Positions 22,222 through 32,046 of a stretch of 64,000 nt of DNA are shown in pieces. Under the pieces are notes generated by a model. That model saw only the letters and a list, made by a program, of their open reading frames with translations, had not been told where the DNA came from and ran no database searches. The stretch comes from an uncultured bacterium (GTDB taxonomy: Bacteria; Chloroflexota; UBA5177; JANWHV01). Position 1 is the stretch's first letter; every line of letters begins with the position of its first letter. Location: NCBI GenBank assembly GCA_963729625.1, contig CAVSOU010000007.1:1-64000 (forward strand), in the 5' to 3' direction. The translations under genes and the position numbers were made by a program.

Positions 22222-22872
22222 CTAGGCCATCTCCTCGACCGAAGCCAGCGAACCCAGGACGACACGGGCGTGGTCGCCGTCGCGACCCGTATCTAGGGTT
22301 AACTCGACTGGTCCAACTTGCCCAGTCCTCGGGGATCGGCTGAGTCCCGCACGCCCACTGCCACCGGTAGTCGCTAGGGTGCTCGCACTGACGCTCGACG
22401 CGGGCGTAAAGACGAACCGGTTAGCGATGAAGAAGTTACAGGCAAATGCGGCTACGATTCCACCGGCATCAGCTTCCAGGTAGCGCAATCCGGAGCTCAG
22501 CAAGAGCGCAAACACCAGCGCGTTTATGGCGACTCCTGATATTGAGCTGAGTTGCGCTCGCAACGATCTCCAGACCCATTCGACGCCCCGGACGTGTGTC
22601 TGGTCACGGTACGTAAACCGTTGATTTGCATAAAAGTTGATCAGCGCGCTGCACTCGAACGCCATGAGCCACGCGAGCAGTGTATGCACGTGGAGCCCAC
22701 TATGAAAGAGCCAAAGGAAGCCCACGTTGATAGGGATCCCAACCGCGCCTACAAGTGCGAAGCGAACCACTCGGCGAGCCAGGATCGCATGTACTCTGGC
22801 AAGAATGTGAGACGATGGCACAAGAGGCTCCTTTGTAGAGGTCAATCCGTAACGAGTCTGTCCACTATGCAC
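22222..22872 (-). CDS. GtrA-family polyprenyl-P-sugar translocase
   Basis: VVRFALVGAVG..N, NFYANQRFTY, NFFIANRFVF; 4 TM segments. Confidence 0.9.
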   Translation of the reverse strand: MHSGQTRYGLTSTKEPLVPSSHILARVHAILARRVVRFALVGAVGIPINVGFLWLFHSGLHVHTLLAWLMAFECSALINFYANQRFTYRDQTHVRGVEWVWRSLRAQLSSISGVAINALVFALLLSSGLRYLEADAGGIVAAFACNFFIANRFVFTPASSVSASTLATTGGSGRAGLSRSPRTGQVGPVELTLDTGRDGDHARVVLGSLASVEEMA

Positions 22873-22947
22873 TGAGGATCACTTCACTGGGCTCAACCGT
22901 CCGCGATGACACCTGTGAGTTTCCCAGCAGAGCTTGAAGGCGGAGCG

Positions 22948-25900
22948 CTATACTGCCTCAACTTGCTGTGCCAAGGGAGATGGTACGTTCAACACTGACG
23001 TCGATGGCGCTCGGTTGGTAACGTGATACAGGCCGTGAATGGTCTTCTCCCAGTAGAAAGGGTTCGACCACAACTGCAGGAAACCCTTCCAGGCCGCCAG
23101 GCTCATCAGCGCCCAATACAGCGGCGAAAGCAGGGCGAATTTGACTTTGTCGTACATGCCCGGCCGCAGGCAGCCCGCCACATTCAGGTACACGAAAGCT
23201 GTGTTGCCGATGACGAGGCTTAGGCCTCCAAGATAGAACACCGGAGCCGGGAACAGCTCGCGTATGAGATGCGCGTGCGACGAGTACCAAAGCGCGGTGA
23301 GACACCAAAGGATCGGGTTCACTAGCAGGCCGAAAACTGTGCCGCCGATTACCAGGTTGAAGCTGAGAAACGCCTTGAAGCCCATCGTCCTGCACAGTTC
23401 AACAGGATGTCGCATGTGCACGAGGTATGTTTGGATGTATCCCTTCACCCACCGCGAGCGCTGCCGAATCCAGTTGTACACCTCGCTTGTGGCTTCTTCG
23501 TACGTCGTGCTCTCGATCACGGCCGTGCGCCATCCACGGCGATAGAGCCGCACGCCGAGGTCCGCGTCTTCCGTGACGTTATACGGATCCCAGGCTCCAA
23601 GCTCTAGCAAGTTCGAGACTTTGAAGTGATTTGACGTACCTCCCAGCGGAACCGGCGCTCCACTTGCGTCGAGGCCTGGAAGAAACAGATTAAACCACAT
23701 GGAGTACTCAATTGCGAACCACCGGGTCAGCAGATTCTGATCAGCGTTGTAATAGCTGAGTTTTGCCTGCAAGCACACAACGTCGGCAGGTACCTTGCGA
23801 AAGCCAAGCACTGCCTTCTTCAGCTGGTCCGGCTCTGCCACGTCCTCGGCGTCGTAGATAACCACGAACTCACCGCGAGCATGAATGAGGCCATAGTTGC
23901 ACGCCTTTGGCTTGCCGCGAGGTTGGCCCGTCGGCACTACAACAGGGTGCACGTATGCCGGCAGTTGTAGTGATGCTACAGCAGCGAGCGTTTCGCGGTC
24001 GTCTTCTTCGAGCAACAACTTCACGTCGAGCTTTGTCGAGGGATAATCGAGCTGGGCGAGGCCGGCAACCAGACCCGGCAGAACCGATGCCTCGCGATAC
24101 AGGGGAACCAATACTGTATATACCGGGAGGCTGGCCTCATCCAGGCCGGCAAGCTCCTCGGCGCTGACCGGTATCTCGAGGTCATGGGAGAGCGATTGGT
24201 AGATGAGATACACGCGGTAGAATGAGAACGCGGCGTAGAGCAGCGTGCTGGCCGCGGCGATCCCGATTCCGTATACGAGCGGCAGTCGCCAGAGCAGTGC
24301 GAGCGACATGATCCCCACAGCAGCAAATGCCGCGACCTGTGCCCTGGTGATCACCCGCGAGGCGGATTCCTCGGGAGATCGGGTCGCTAGCTCGGCACTG
24401 CTGCGCTCGAGATAGAGATCACGATAGAGCGACTCCAGAGCGGCCTCGAAGTCTTCCTCGGTACAGATCATAGGCTGGATTGTCCGCCCCAACTGAGCCT
24501 CGGCTTCTTCTCGAGCCACAACATCCAGTGGGTCGGGCATGACTGCTACCAGGATGGCGCCAGCCTCATAAAGCGGCAGGACCCCCAGCCGGCGCTCATC
24601 GTGCTCCGGAATGCGCCGCGCCAGTTCCTCGTCAATCCGAATGCCTCTCAGGCCCACAAACGGAAGGTCGAGCTGCTCCGCTAGAAAGTAGGCCAGCTGT
24701 TCCTGAGAGATCAAGTCGAGGTGAATCAGCGCCTGACCGAGACGCACGCCCGACCTCGTGTGAAGTGCCACAGCCCGCTCGAGGTCGGCGTCGGAAACCA
24801 CCCCGCTCAACACCAACCGTTCACCCAACTGGGTGCTGCCGCCTGCCCGTGCAATTGCCGCGAGGATGTCCGGACGAGGCGCTATGAGTAGCCTGCTCAT
24901 CACGGAGCCGAGCGAAGCGACGGTTGTACGGACGTCGGGCGAGCAGGGATCGGCAACCGCGATTACCACGCACGAGCCTGAAACGCTGAGGGACGTTCTG
25001 TTAGCGGACAGGCGATCAACGTCCGAGGACGCGTGCTCTCGACGAATGGGAAGAATACCGTACGCGCGAGCATCGGCAACCGGTATCATCGAGGCCGTCA
25101 AGGGATCGACCGACTCGTGCGGCAGGTCGACGCGAACACGACTTTCGCTCTCAAAGTAGATTTCCTCGAGCCGCCCAGTATGGCGAAGGTTGACCCGAGG
25201 AATGTTGCATTGGCGCGACGCCAGTTCCGCGAACTCCTCGAAATCGAGCACTCCCGCCTTAACCAGAGCCTCGTCGACTGCCGCGCCTGGAGCGTCTAGC
25301 TGCTGGAGCAGGTTAGCCCCGACCAGGCGTCCCTGCTGCTGCAGAAAATCGATAACAGGATGAGCTCGGTACATGTCCAGCGCTCGCGCCGACACGGCGC
25401 ACGCGCGCAGGCGATCGCGTATTGCTTCCTCGGGCGCTGCGACCGCCCTGATCGCCATCCCAGACGCTGACGCCAGAGCCCGGCAAGCACCACCAGTCGG
25501 AGCAGCCATCGCTACCCACAGCACGTGGCCTTCACGCCGAAGCGGAACGGCACAGAAGGCCTCGAGCTGATTGCGCGGAATCAGCTGTATCACATCAGGT
25601 TTGATCGCGTAGTGTTCGAGTCGAATGGACGGCACGGTGTGCCACGACTGAGCCTGGTCGCGCACTCGGTAGCCCTGTACGCTTTCGTCGTTACGACCGG
25701 AGCTTAATTCAACCTCGGCGCCAATTCCGCCGAGCCGGAGCGAGCTCAGCCGCCCCTCATCCGTGTCGCCATAGTGGCGCGCCAGCGCGCCTCGAAGCCG
25801 CTCCTCGCTCATCTCGTGCAAACGGACGCGGCGGGACGTAAGCTGCGCGATTGCCCGGCGAATCGCCTCGGCCTTTGGATTGCCGGTCACGATACCAAGC

Positions 25901-27003
25901 GTCAGTACGTCACGACTGGACATGATGGGAACGATCGACAGGGATCGCGCCAGCGCCAATGGAATTGCCACCATCGGTGCCTGACCCGCGACCGGTTCGG
26001 AATCGGCGGCGGGTCGCACGCGAAACGCAGCGGCGTCCCACCGATTCTGGTTGCGGGTTGATGCGGAAGCGTTGACCGGTGCCTCACCTTGGAAAGCACC
26101 CCGAGGCCGTGAGCGTGGATCGCCCAGAACAGCGCGTGCCGTTTCGCGCATGCGTCCAAAGGGCAAGCTGGCTTCACGTGGGCCTTCGGGTTTCAGCCGG
26201 CCAGACGTGTATGCGTTGACAACGGCGTGCAGCTCCGTCGCGTCACAAAGTATGCAACGTGCTGGCATCCCAGTCCACGATACGATTGCACGGATTGTGG
26301 CTTCATCAGGCCTGTGGACACAACCGACGACGATGTGCCCCTCTTCGAAACCCCATGGAACGACGGGATCGTCATCCCACCTCAACCTGATCGAAGGAGG
26401 CGCAAGTACACACAACGCGGGATCGAAGTCCATTTCGTGCGGGAGCAGATGCGGCAACCCTTCCAGCAAGCCCAATAGCTCGGGCCCCCATCCGTCGGCG
26501 AGGCCGGCTATCGCCGCGGCGACTGTCTTCGCCGCGCTCCGGTCGGCGCTGCCAGCTGCGGCAGAGGGGTCACTCAGCACGTACCTGAGTCCACAATCGT
26601 CGATCAGCGCGCGCAAGCGGAATGCCCGCATCAACTCCGCTCTGGGATCTCCGCGGCTTTCCGCAAGCGCCAGCGCGGCTTCTCCAGGCCCAACCACCTG
26701 TAGCTTCACCGGGCGACCTGTTGCGTTGGACAGTGCCCTGCGGCGCACTTCCCACCCATCGAGGAGCTCCTCACGAGCGCTGATCGCCGCGGCTTTGCCG
26801 CCAACTTGCTCCTGAGTCCCTGGACCAGTTGACACCTTCAGCGATACATCGACCTCGATCTCGCTCGGGTCAGGTGTGGCGATCAACAGACAGTCGCCAT
26901 CCTCTCCGACCACCACCGCCGATTGCTCGCGCGCAAGCGATTCCGGCAAGGTGCGCTGGAGGCTCGGGGTCGCGTGGCAGATGTTCCAGCCACTTTCAAG
27001 CAT
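22948..27003 (-). CDS. Processive GT2 glycosyltransferase with about 6 N-terminal MshEN/T2SSE_N-like repeats
   Basis: C-terminal part: YTVLVPLYRE, KPKACNYG, YDAED, VTEDADLG, QRSRW, WEKTIHG and TM helices. N-terminal part: repeated IP..A....VP......VA..DP modules and the motif QLGERLVLSGVV..RLGQALIHLDLI..AEQ. Confidence 0.9.
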   Translation of the reverse strand: MLESGWNICHATPSLQRTLPESLAREQSAVVVGEDGDCLLIATPDPSEIEVDVSLKVSTGPGTQEQVGGKAAAISAREELLDGWEVRRRALSNATGRPVKLQVVGPGEAALALAESRGDPRAELMRAFRLRALIDDCGLRYVLSDPSAAAGSADRSAAKTVAAAIAGLADGWGPELLGLLEGLPHLLPHEMDFDPALCVLAPPSIRLRWDDDPVVPWGFEEGHIVVGCVHRPDEATIRAIVSWTGMPARCILCDATELHAVVNAYTSGRLKPEGPREASLPFGRMRETARAVLGDPRSRPRGAFQGEAPVNASASTRNQNRWDAAAFRVRPAADSEPVAGQAPMVAIPLALARSLSIVPIMSSRDVLTLGIVTGNPKAEAIRRAIAQLTSRRVRLHEMSEERLRGALARHYGDTDEGRLSSLRLGGIGAEVELSSGRNDESVQGYRVRDQAQSWHTVPSIRLEHYAIKPDVIQLIPRNQLEAFCAVPLRREGHVLWVAMAAPTGGACRALASASGMAIRAVAAPEEAIRDRLRACAVSARALDMYRAHPVIDFLQQQGRLVGANLLQQLDAPGAAVDEALVKAGVLDFEEFAELASRQCNIPRVNLRHTGRLEEIYFESESRVRVDLPHESVDPLTASMIPVADARAYGILPIRREHASSDVDRLSANRTSLSVSGSCVVIAVADPCSPDVRTTVASLGSVMSRLLIAPRPDILAAIARAGGSTQLGERLVLSGVVSDADLERAVALHTRSGVRLGQALIHLDLISQEQLAYFLAEQLDLPFVGLRGIRIDEELARRIPEHDERRLGVLPLYEAGAILVAVMPDPLDVVAREEAEAQLGRTIQPMICTEEDFEAALESLYRDLYLERSSAELATRSPEESASRVITRAQVAAFAAVGIMSLALLWRLPLVYGIGIAAASTLLYAAFSFYRVYLIYQSLSHDLEIPVSAEELAGLDEASLPVYTVLVPLYREASVLPGLVAGLAQLDYPSTKLDVKLLLEEDDRETLAAVASLQLPAYVHPVVVPTGQPRGKPKACNYGLIHARGEFVVIYDAEDVAEPDQLKKAVLGFRKVPADVVCLQAKLSYYNADQNLLTRWFAIEYSMWFNLFLPGLDASGAPVPLGGTSNHFKVSNLLELGAWDPYNVTEDADLGVRLYRRGWRTAVIESTTYEEATSEVYNWIRQRSRWVKGYIQTYLVHMRHPVELCRTMGFKAFLSFNLVIGGTVFGLLVNPILWCLTALWYSSHAHLIRELFPAPVFYLGGLSLVIGNTAFVYLNVAGCLRPGMYDKVKFALLSPLYWALMSLAAWKGFLQLWSNPFYWEKTIHGLYHVTNRAPSTSVLNVPSPLAQQVEAV

Positions 27004-27036
27004 GACCTAACCTCATAGTGCTCGGGAAACCGTGCA

Positions 27037-27324
27037 TTAGGATCGAGTGCGCCGAACGCTCCGGGCAAAGAACACCACGAAGATGAAGGCACCTACGACC
27101 AGCGCGGGAAATGTAAACAGGCCGAAAATTAGCAGCGAAAATATTCCGCTCCACACGGCGACACGCGCCATGACCCCGATCGCCTGGGGTAGCAGAATCC
27201 AGCCCCCTGGCGACCGAGATCCGGCGTCGAGGCTTCCCTTCGCGGCGTCGCCCATCGTGGTCGCCACTGCGGACAGTACCGGAAGCCGCATGCGACGGCC
27301 TCTGGGGGAACTGGAGAACGTCAC
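27037..27324 (-). CDS. Small membrane protein
   Basis: GTG with RBS AAGGAG; long hydrophobic C-terminal half followed by basic residues; sits between two GT genes. Confidence 0.6.
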   Translation of the reverse strand: MTFSSSPRGRRMRLPVLSAVATTMGDAAKGSLDAGSRSPGGWILLPQAIGVMARVAVWSGIFSLLIFGLFTFPALVVGAFIFVVFFARSVRRTRS

Positions 27325-27365
27325 CGAGTCGAGACTCCTTGACTGGAAATGTGATTGACAACAGC

Positions 27366-28172
27366 TCAGTCGACCGCGTGGGCAGCACCGTTTGCGGTCT
27401 CGACCTGCAATGGCATGCCGCCGATCGGCAGCTTTCCGGCATAGCCGTATCCACCCGCGGCGGTCCTGATGCGAATAAGCAGCAGGTCACCTACCATATT
27501 GAGCGTGTCGCGCCCGGCGCGAACTCGGGAGTTGGCATCGAAATACCAGTCGATGGCTATCTCCTCGACGCGATATTCGCGCTTTCGCGCCAGGTAGAGG
27601 ATTTCGACATCAAAGCTGAAGCCGTCGAGTGTTTGTCGTGCGAATAAGTCGTGCGCCACACTGCGCCGGAATGCCTTGAAACCGCATTGCGTGTCTTTGA
27701 GCCCGCCGATGACAAGGCTGCACACGAGAAAATTGAACACCCTGCTCATAATCCGTCGCTTAAGTGGGTCCTCATAGAGATGCGAGTCGGGCATTGCCCG
27801 AGATCCGACTGCCACATCGCAGCCCCGGTCAAGCGCATCGAGCAACCGGTCAAATTGGTTGACGGGCATCGAGAGGTCCGCATCGCACAGCACGACGCGC
27901 TCGAAACGCGCCTGCAGCATACCAGCGCGCACCGCGGAGCCTTTGCCACGGTGGGGGCGCTCAACCAGCGTAAGCCACTGCATCGTGGTTGCGAGTCTTC
28001 GTACCAGGTCTGCCGTGCCATCAACTGAACCATCGTCCACGACGAGGACTTCAAAATCGCGATCGAATTTCGCGCCATACCGTTGGAGTTCGCTTAGAGT
28101 GCGAGGCAGGCGCTGCTCCTCGTTGTAGGCCGGGATAACAATGCTAACGCCTGAGCGCCGTTCAGTACTCAT
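27366..28172 (-). CDS. Dolichyl/polyprenyl-phosphate glycosyltransferase (GT2, DPG-synthase-like)
   Basis: SIVIPAYNEE, VDDGSVD, GKGSAVRAG, DAD, DTQCGFK, FDVEIL. Confidence 0.93.
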   Translation of the reverse strand: MSTERRSGVSIVIPAYNEEQRLPRTLSELQRYGAKFDRDFEVLVVDDGSVDGTADLVRRLATTMQWLTLVERPHRGKGSAVRAGMLQARFERVVLCDADLSMPVNQFDRLLDALDRGCDVAVGSRAMPDSHLYEDPLKRRIMSRVFNFLVCSLVIGGLKDTQCGFKAFRRSVAHDLFARQTLDGFSFDVEILYLARKREYRVEEIAIDWYFDANSRVRAGRDTLNMVGDLLLIRIRTAAGGYGYAGKLPIGGMPLQVETANGAAHAVD

Positions 28173-28554
28173 CAGTCGTGCCCTGGCGACCACCACACGT
28201 GAATCGCCATCTCCTTTCCAATGCCCTCGGCAGCTCAATGTCTCGAAGCGCCTATCACTGCCGACCTCGCCGCACCATGCGCCGGGTCAGCCAGACGGGC
28301 CAAGTATCCAGTTTGAAGCAGAGCCAGCATCGTCGCCCTGAGAAACAGAGTTGCTGCTTGGAGCGTCATCGCTCATCCGTGCCCCAATTTGAATCCTAGC
28401 CGCACGACCGCATTGCCAGTAACATCCAGGCTGTATAGCCAATCGGTCCATTCGGATGCAGTTTGGTACTGCCGAGCCGGGCAAACGGTCGCAATATCGC
28501 GACAGAGGGGCGCGCGGATTACGATGGCTTTCGATTCGAAGCCCGGCAAGAGAC

Positions 28555-29212
28555 TCAGCTGATCAGCCCCAACTGAACGGCGATCGCCGCTGCGTGCGTA
28601 CGGTTAGCGGTTCGCAGGGAACTGACCAGCGCCTGGAACTCCTAGTTTTGCCGCCGGCTCTGGAAGGCCGCGGACCGCGGCGATTTCCCGATTCGTTCGT
28701 CCCTCCGCAAGGAGCTCCGGTAGCCCCGCGTCAGGATCGCTGATCTGGGAACACGCCCAGTCAGTCATGAGCTGTCCGGATGATCGATGGCTTGTCAGTG
28801 CGCCGGACGCCAACGCTTGCCTGAGCACCGCGGCGTCAACCAACAGGCCTCCCGCGGCGACGGCATGGATCGAGTGTGACAGCAAATCGCGAGTAACATC
28901 CTTCAGCAGGAAGCCACTCGCGCCGACTCGGATCGTATCGATCATCAGCGTCTCGTCCTCGTAGTTCGTCATGATTATGACGGAAACGTTAGGCGCTTCA
29001 GCTTTGATTTGGCTTGTGACTTCAAGGCCGCTCGCTCCCGGCATGCGGATGTCCATGAGCACCACATCTGGGTGAAACTGCGCCACCAATTCAAGCGCAT
29101 TTCGCCCATCGCTGGTGTCCCCGACAACGCTGATACCCTTGCACTGCTCAAGCACGCAGCGCAGCCCCTCACGGGCAACTGGGTGATCGTCGACGACAAG
29201 TACGTTGATCAT
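28555..29212 (-). pseudogene. NarL-family response regulator with a +1 frameshift inside the LuxR HTH
   Basis: REC domain intact (VVDDH, MDIRMP, FLLK); after ~28642 the LuxR tail EFQALVSSLRTANRTHAAAIAVQLGLIS* continues in another frame. Confidence 0.8.
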
Positions 29213-29675
29213 CGGTCAGAATTCGCCTTGCCGGTGCATCGTTGGCCACCATATCTGCACGCGATTATCAGTCCAGGAGGGCTCTCTGGCGAAAGGAAAA
29301 ACGCCACCGACGGCTGTTCGCGCGATCCAGCCTTCGCGATTGAACTTCCCGCAGGCAGCGGATTGACCGTTGTCAACCTGATCGCGTTCGGTTATTCAGG
29401 CCCACCCCGAACTGAATATCGAACCCAGTGACACCACGAAGATTGCTCCAGATCCGGCTCAGTGTGGACAGTCCCCCTGAGCCCTGTGCCACATGCCCTG
29501 TTTGTGAGCAGTCGCTCTGAACAAACAGGCGGGCATAGTGCTCACGCTATATGCTAGGCCGCCAACGGTAACCAGGAAACACCCGACTGGCATACGAATA
29601 TCGGTCTACCAGGATAAAAGGTAGGGAAGCGGATCCCTGGAGGCTGATCCTGGGAACGCTTACAGAAGTCACATA

Positions 29676-30431
29676 TCAATCTATGACACCCAAGCGCATC
29701 GCGGTTACAGCGGCGTGTGTTCGGTCAGAGGCATAGAGCTTGGCTATGATCTCCTGCACGTGCTTCTTCACCGTAACTTCGGCAAAGCCGAGTTTGGCGG
29801 CAATCGCCTTGTTCGTCTTTCCCTCCGCCATCAGACGGAGGATGCTCTCCTCCCGAGCAGTCAATGTCTCTATAGGCGGCATCTCGGAGGGAGCGCGCTT
29901 CGAGTCTTTCCTTCCGGCGACCGCTGGATCCAACTGCAGCGCGCGCTTCAATAGGGATGCCTTGATCAAGATGCCTCCGCTCGCCACTGCCATCACCGTG
30001 TGGAGCAGTAGCTCGCGAGAGCTGTCCTTCACCAAATATCCGCCGGCCCCCGCCTGAATCGCGTCAAGCACGATCGCCTCGTCCTCGTACGAGGTCATCA
30101 TCACTACAGAGACCGTAGGGTGCTCGGCCTTGATGCGGCGCGTTGCCTCGAGGCCATCGATGCCGGGCATCTTATAGTCCATGAGAACAAGGTTAGGGTT
30201 AAGGCGGGCGACCATCTCGATGGCTTGCCCGCCGTCGGCGGCCTCACCGACCAGCTTGACGAGCGGACTGCTCTCAAGCATGGACCGAAGGCCTTCCCGC
30301 GCTATCATGTGATCGTCGGCAATCATGACGGTCACTTGCCCTCCCGGGTAGTCCGGGGACGCTCCGGGCACACTACCGACCTGTACCTGCTGGCTCTGCA
30401 AAGATGTCATCAGTGGACTTTCAGGGCTCAA
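29676..30431 (-). CDS. NarL/LuxR-family response regulator
   Basis: IADDH, MDYKMP, YLVK, LTAREESILRLMAEGKTNKAIAAKL..TVKKHV. Confidence 0.95.
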   Translation of the reverse strand: MSPESPLMTSLQSQQVQVGSVPGASPDYPGGQVTVMIADDHMIAREGLRSMLESSPLVKLVGEAADGGQAIEMVARLNPNLVLMDYKMPGIDGLEATRRIKAEHPTVSVVMMTSYEDEAIVLDAIQAGAGGYLVKDSSRELLLHTVMAVASGGILIKASLLKRALQLDPAVAGRKDSKRAPSEMPPIETLTAREESILRLMAEGKTNKAIAAKLGFAEVTVKKHVQEIIAKLYASDRTHAAVTAMRLGVID

Positions 30432-32046
30432 TTGCTAGAAGTGCTAGCGGCAACATAATACGAACCATAGTGCCCCGACCGGGACTGCTCAGCACATCAA
30501 AGCGACCATGCAACAGTTCCGTCCTGCGCCTCATGCTGATCAGACCTACCCCACCTTCCAGGGCATTGGTACGTGCTGGAATCGACGGGAAACCGACACC
30601 GTCATCCTCAACGGACACGACGATACGCTCATTCTCGCGGCGAATTGCAACGCGAACCGTTGTGGCCTGCGCGTGCTTCACGACATTGTTCAGGGCTTCT
30701 TGAATCACCCTGTAGAGTGCCGTCTCCACCGACCCGCTCAGGCACAGTGGATCGGCATCGAACGAGGTCAGCAATCCGGTGCGCTCTCCCAAGTCTCTCA
30801 CGTCGTACCGCAGCGCCGCGACTAGTCCCAACGCGTCGAGGCGAGCCGGGCGCAGAGACGCCACGATTTCGCGTGCCTGGCGGATCCCCTGGCGCACCAA
30901 CTCCCTGCCGCGCTCAAGTCGATCGACCTGCTCACTTCCTCTGCCGGCGCCAAGCTCAACCATGTCGAGGAACTGGTATGCAGTCGCCAGAGTCTGGCAA
31001 ATACCGTCGTGAAGGTCAAGGCAGATTCGCTCGCGCTCTTCTTCTTGTCCGTTGAGAGTCGCTTCGAGGAGGAGGCGCGTCTGCCGCTCCCTGAGGGCCA
31101 CCAGGTCAGTGACATCCTTCGCTGAGATCAGCATTCCTGTTGCGTATTCCGCATCCGGAAGCGTGCTTATCGAAGCTTCAAGGTAACGCCACGAGCCATC
31201 GTAGTGCAGAGCCTGGAACTCGAGAGGCGAGGCGTCCCCGCCGGCATCTCCTTTGCGAAGCCACTCGCGCGCCTTCGCCTCATCGCGCTCATGTACCAAC
31301 GACAGCCATGGACGACCAAACAGGTCGGCTGGCACATAGCCCAGCATCGTCTGCACTGCCGGATTGGCATAGCTGATGTTCAGGCCTCCATCGACAATCA
31401 CGACAAGGTCCGACACGCGGCGCACGACTGCACTGAGGTGCTCTTTGCTGAGCCTGGCTTCCTGCTCGGTACGTATTAGGTCACCGACATCTTGCAGGAT
31501 GCACACGACGGACGTGAGGAGGCCGTTTTCACGGACCGGGAACAGCTGAATCCGCGCCCATATAGGTCTGTTATTCTTGTTGCTCAGCAGGATGGAGACC
31601 GAGGTTGGATACCCTTCGGCAATGGCAGCGTTGAGCTCGGCGCGCGCCTCCGGGGCGGAGGGATCGGACGCGAGCATGCTTATGCTTCTCCCGATCGCTT
31701 CCTCGGCCGTGAATCCCGACAGCCTCTCGAACGCGGTGTTGACCATCACGATCGGCCGTTCAGGAAGCAAGGCGTCAAGGACGACCACGCTAACTCCCGC
31801 GGACGTGATTGCATGCTCGAGAGTCTGCAGAAGTGAAGGTCGAAATTGCCTGCCGGAAAACGTGGCGAAATGATCGGCCAAACGCCCACGAGGAACAGTG
31901 CCCGAAGGCAAAAAACCAAAATCCTGCTTCGCCGAATGGCGCTGTTTGTAGAAGCCTGACACTCCAGTATCCAACGGAAGCGATGTGTCGCTCTTAGGCT
32001 CGTTGAGCGTCTCTGAAGAGCGAGAGGCGGAAGGATCCTGGTACAC
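30421..32046 (-). CDS. Cytoplasmic PAS-PAS sensor histidine kinase (HisKA_3)
   Basis: Two PAS domains, EEERERICLDLHDG H-box, QEALNNVVKHA, DDGVGF, GVGL; no TM segments. Confidence 0.93.
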   Translation of the reverse strand: MYQDPSASRSSETLNEPKSDTSLPLDTGVSGFYKQRHSAKQDFGFLPSGTVPRGRLADHFATFSGRQFRPSLLQTLEHAITSAGVSVVVLDALLPERPIVMVNTAFERLSGFTAEEAIGRSISMLASDPSAPEARAELNAAIAEGYPTSVSILLSNKNNRPIWARIQLFPVRENGLLTSVVCILQDVGDLIRTEQEARLSKEHLSAVVRRVSDLVVIVDGGLNISYANPAVQTMLGYVPADLFGRPWLSLVHERDEAKAREWLRKGDAGGDASPLEFQALHYDGSWRYLEASISTLPDAEYATGMLISAKDVTDLVALRERQTRLLLEATLNGQEEERERICLDLHDGICQTLATAYQFLDMVELGAGRGSEQVDRLERGRELVRQGIRQAREIVASLRPARLDALGLVAALRYDVRDLGERTGLLTSFDADPLCLSGSVETALYRVIQEALNNVVKHAQATTVRVAIRRENERIVVSVEDDGVGFPSIPARTNALEGGVGLISMRRRTELLHGRFDVLSSPGRGTMVRIMLPLALLAIEP

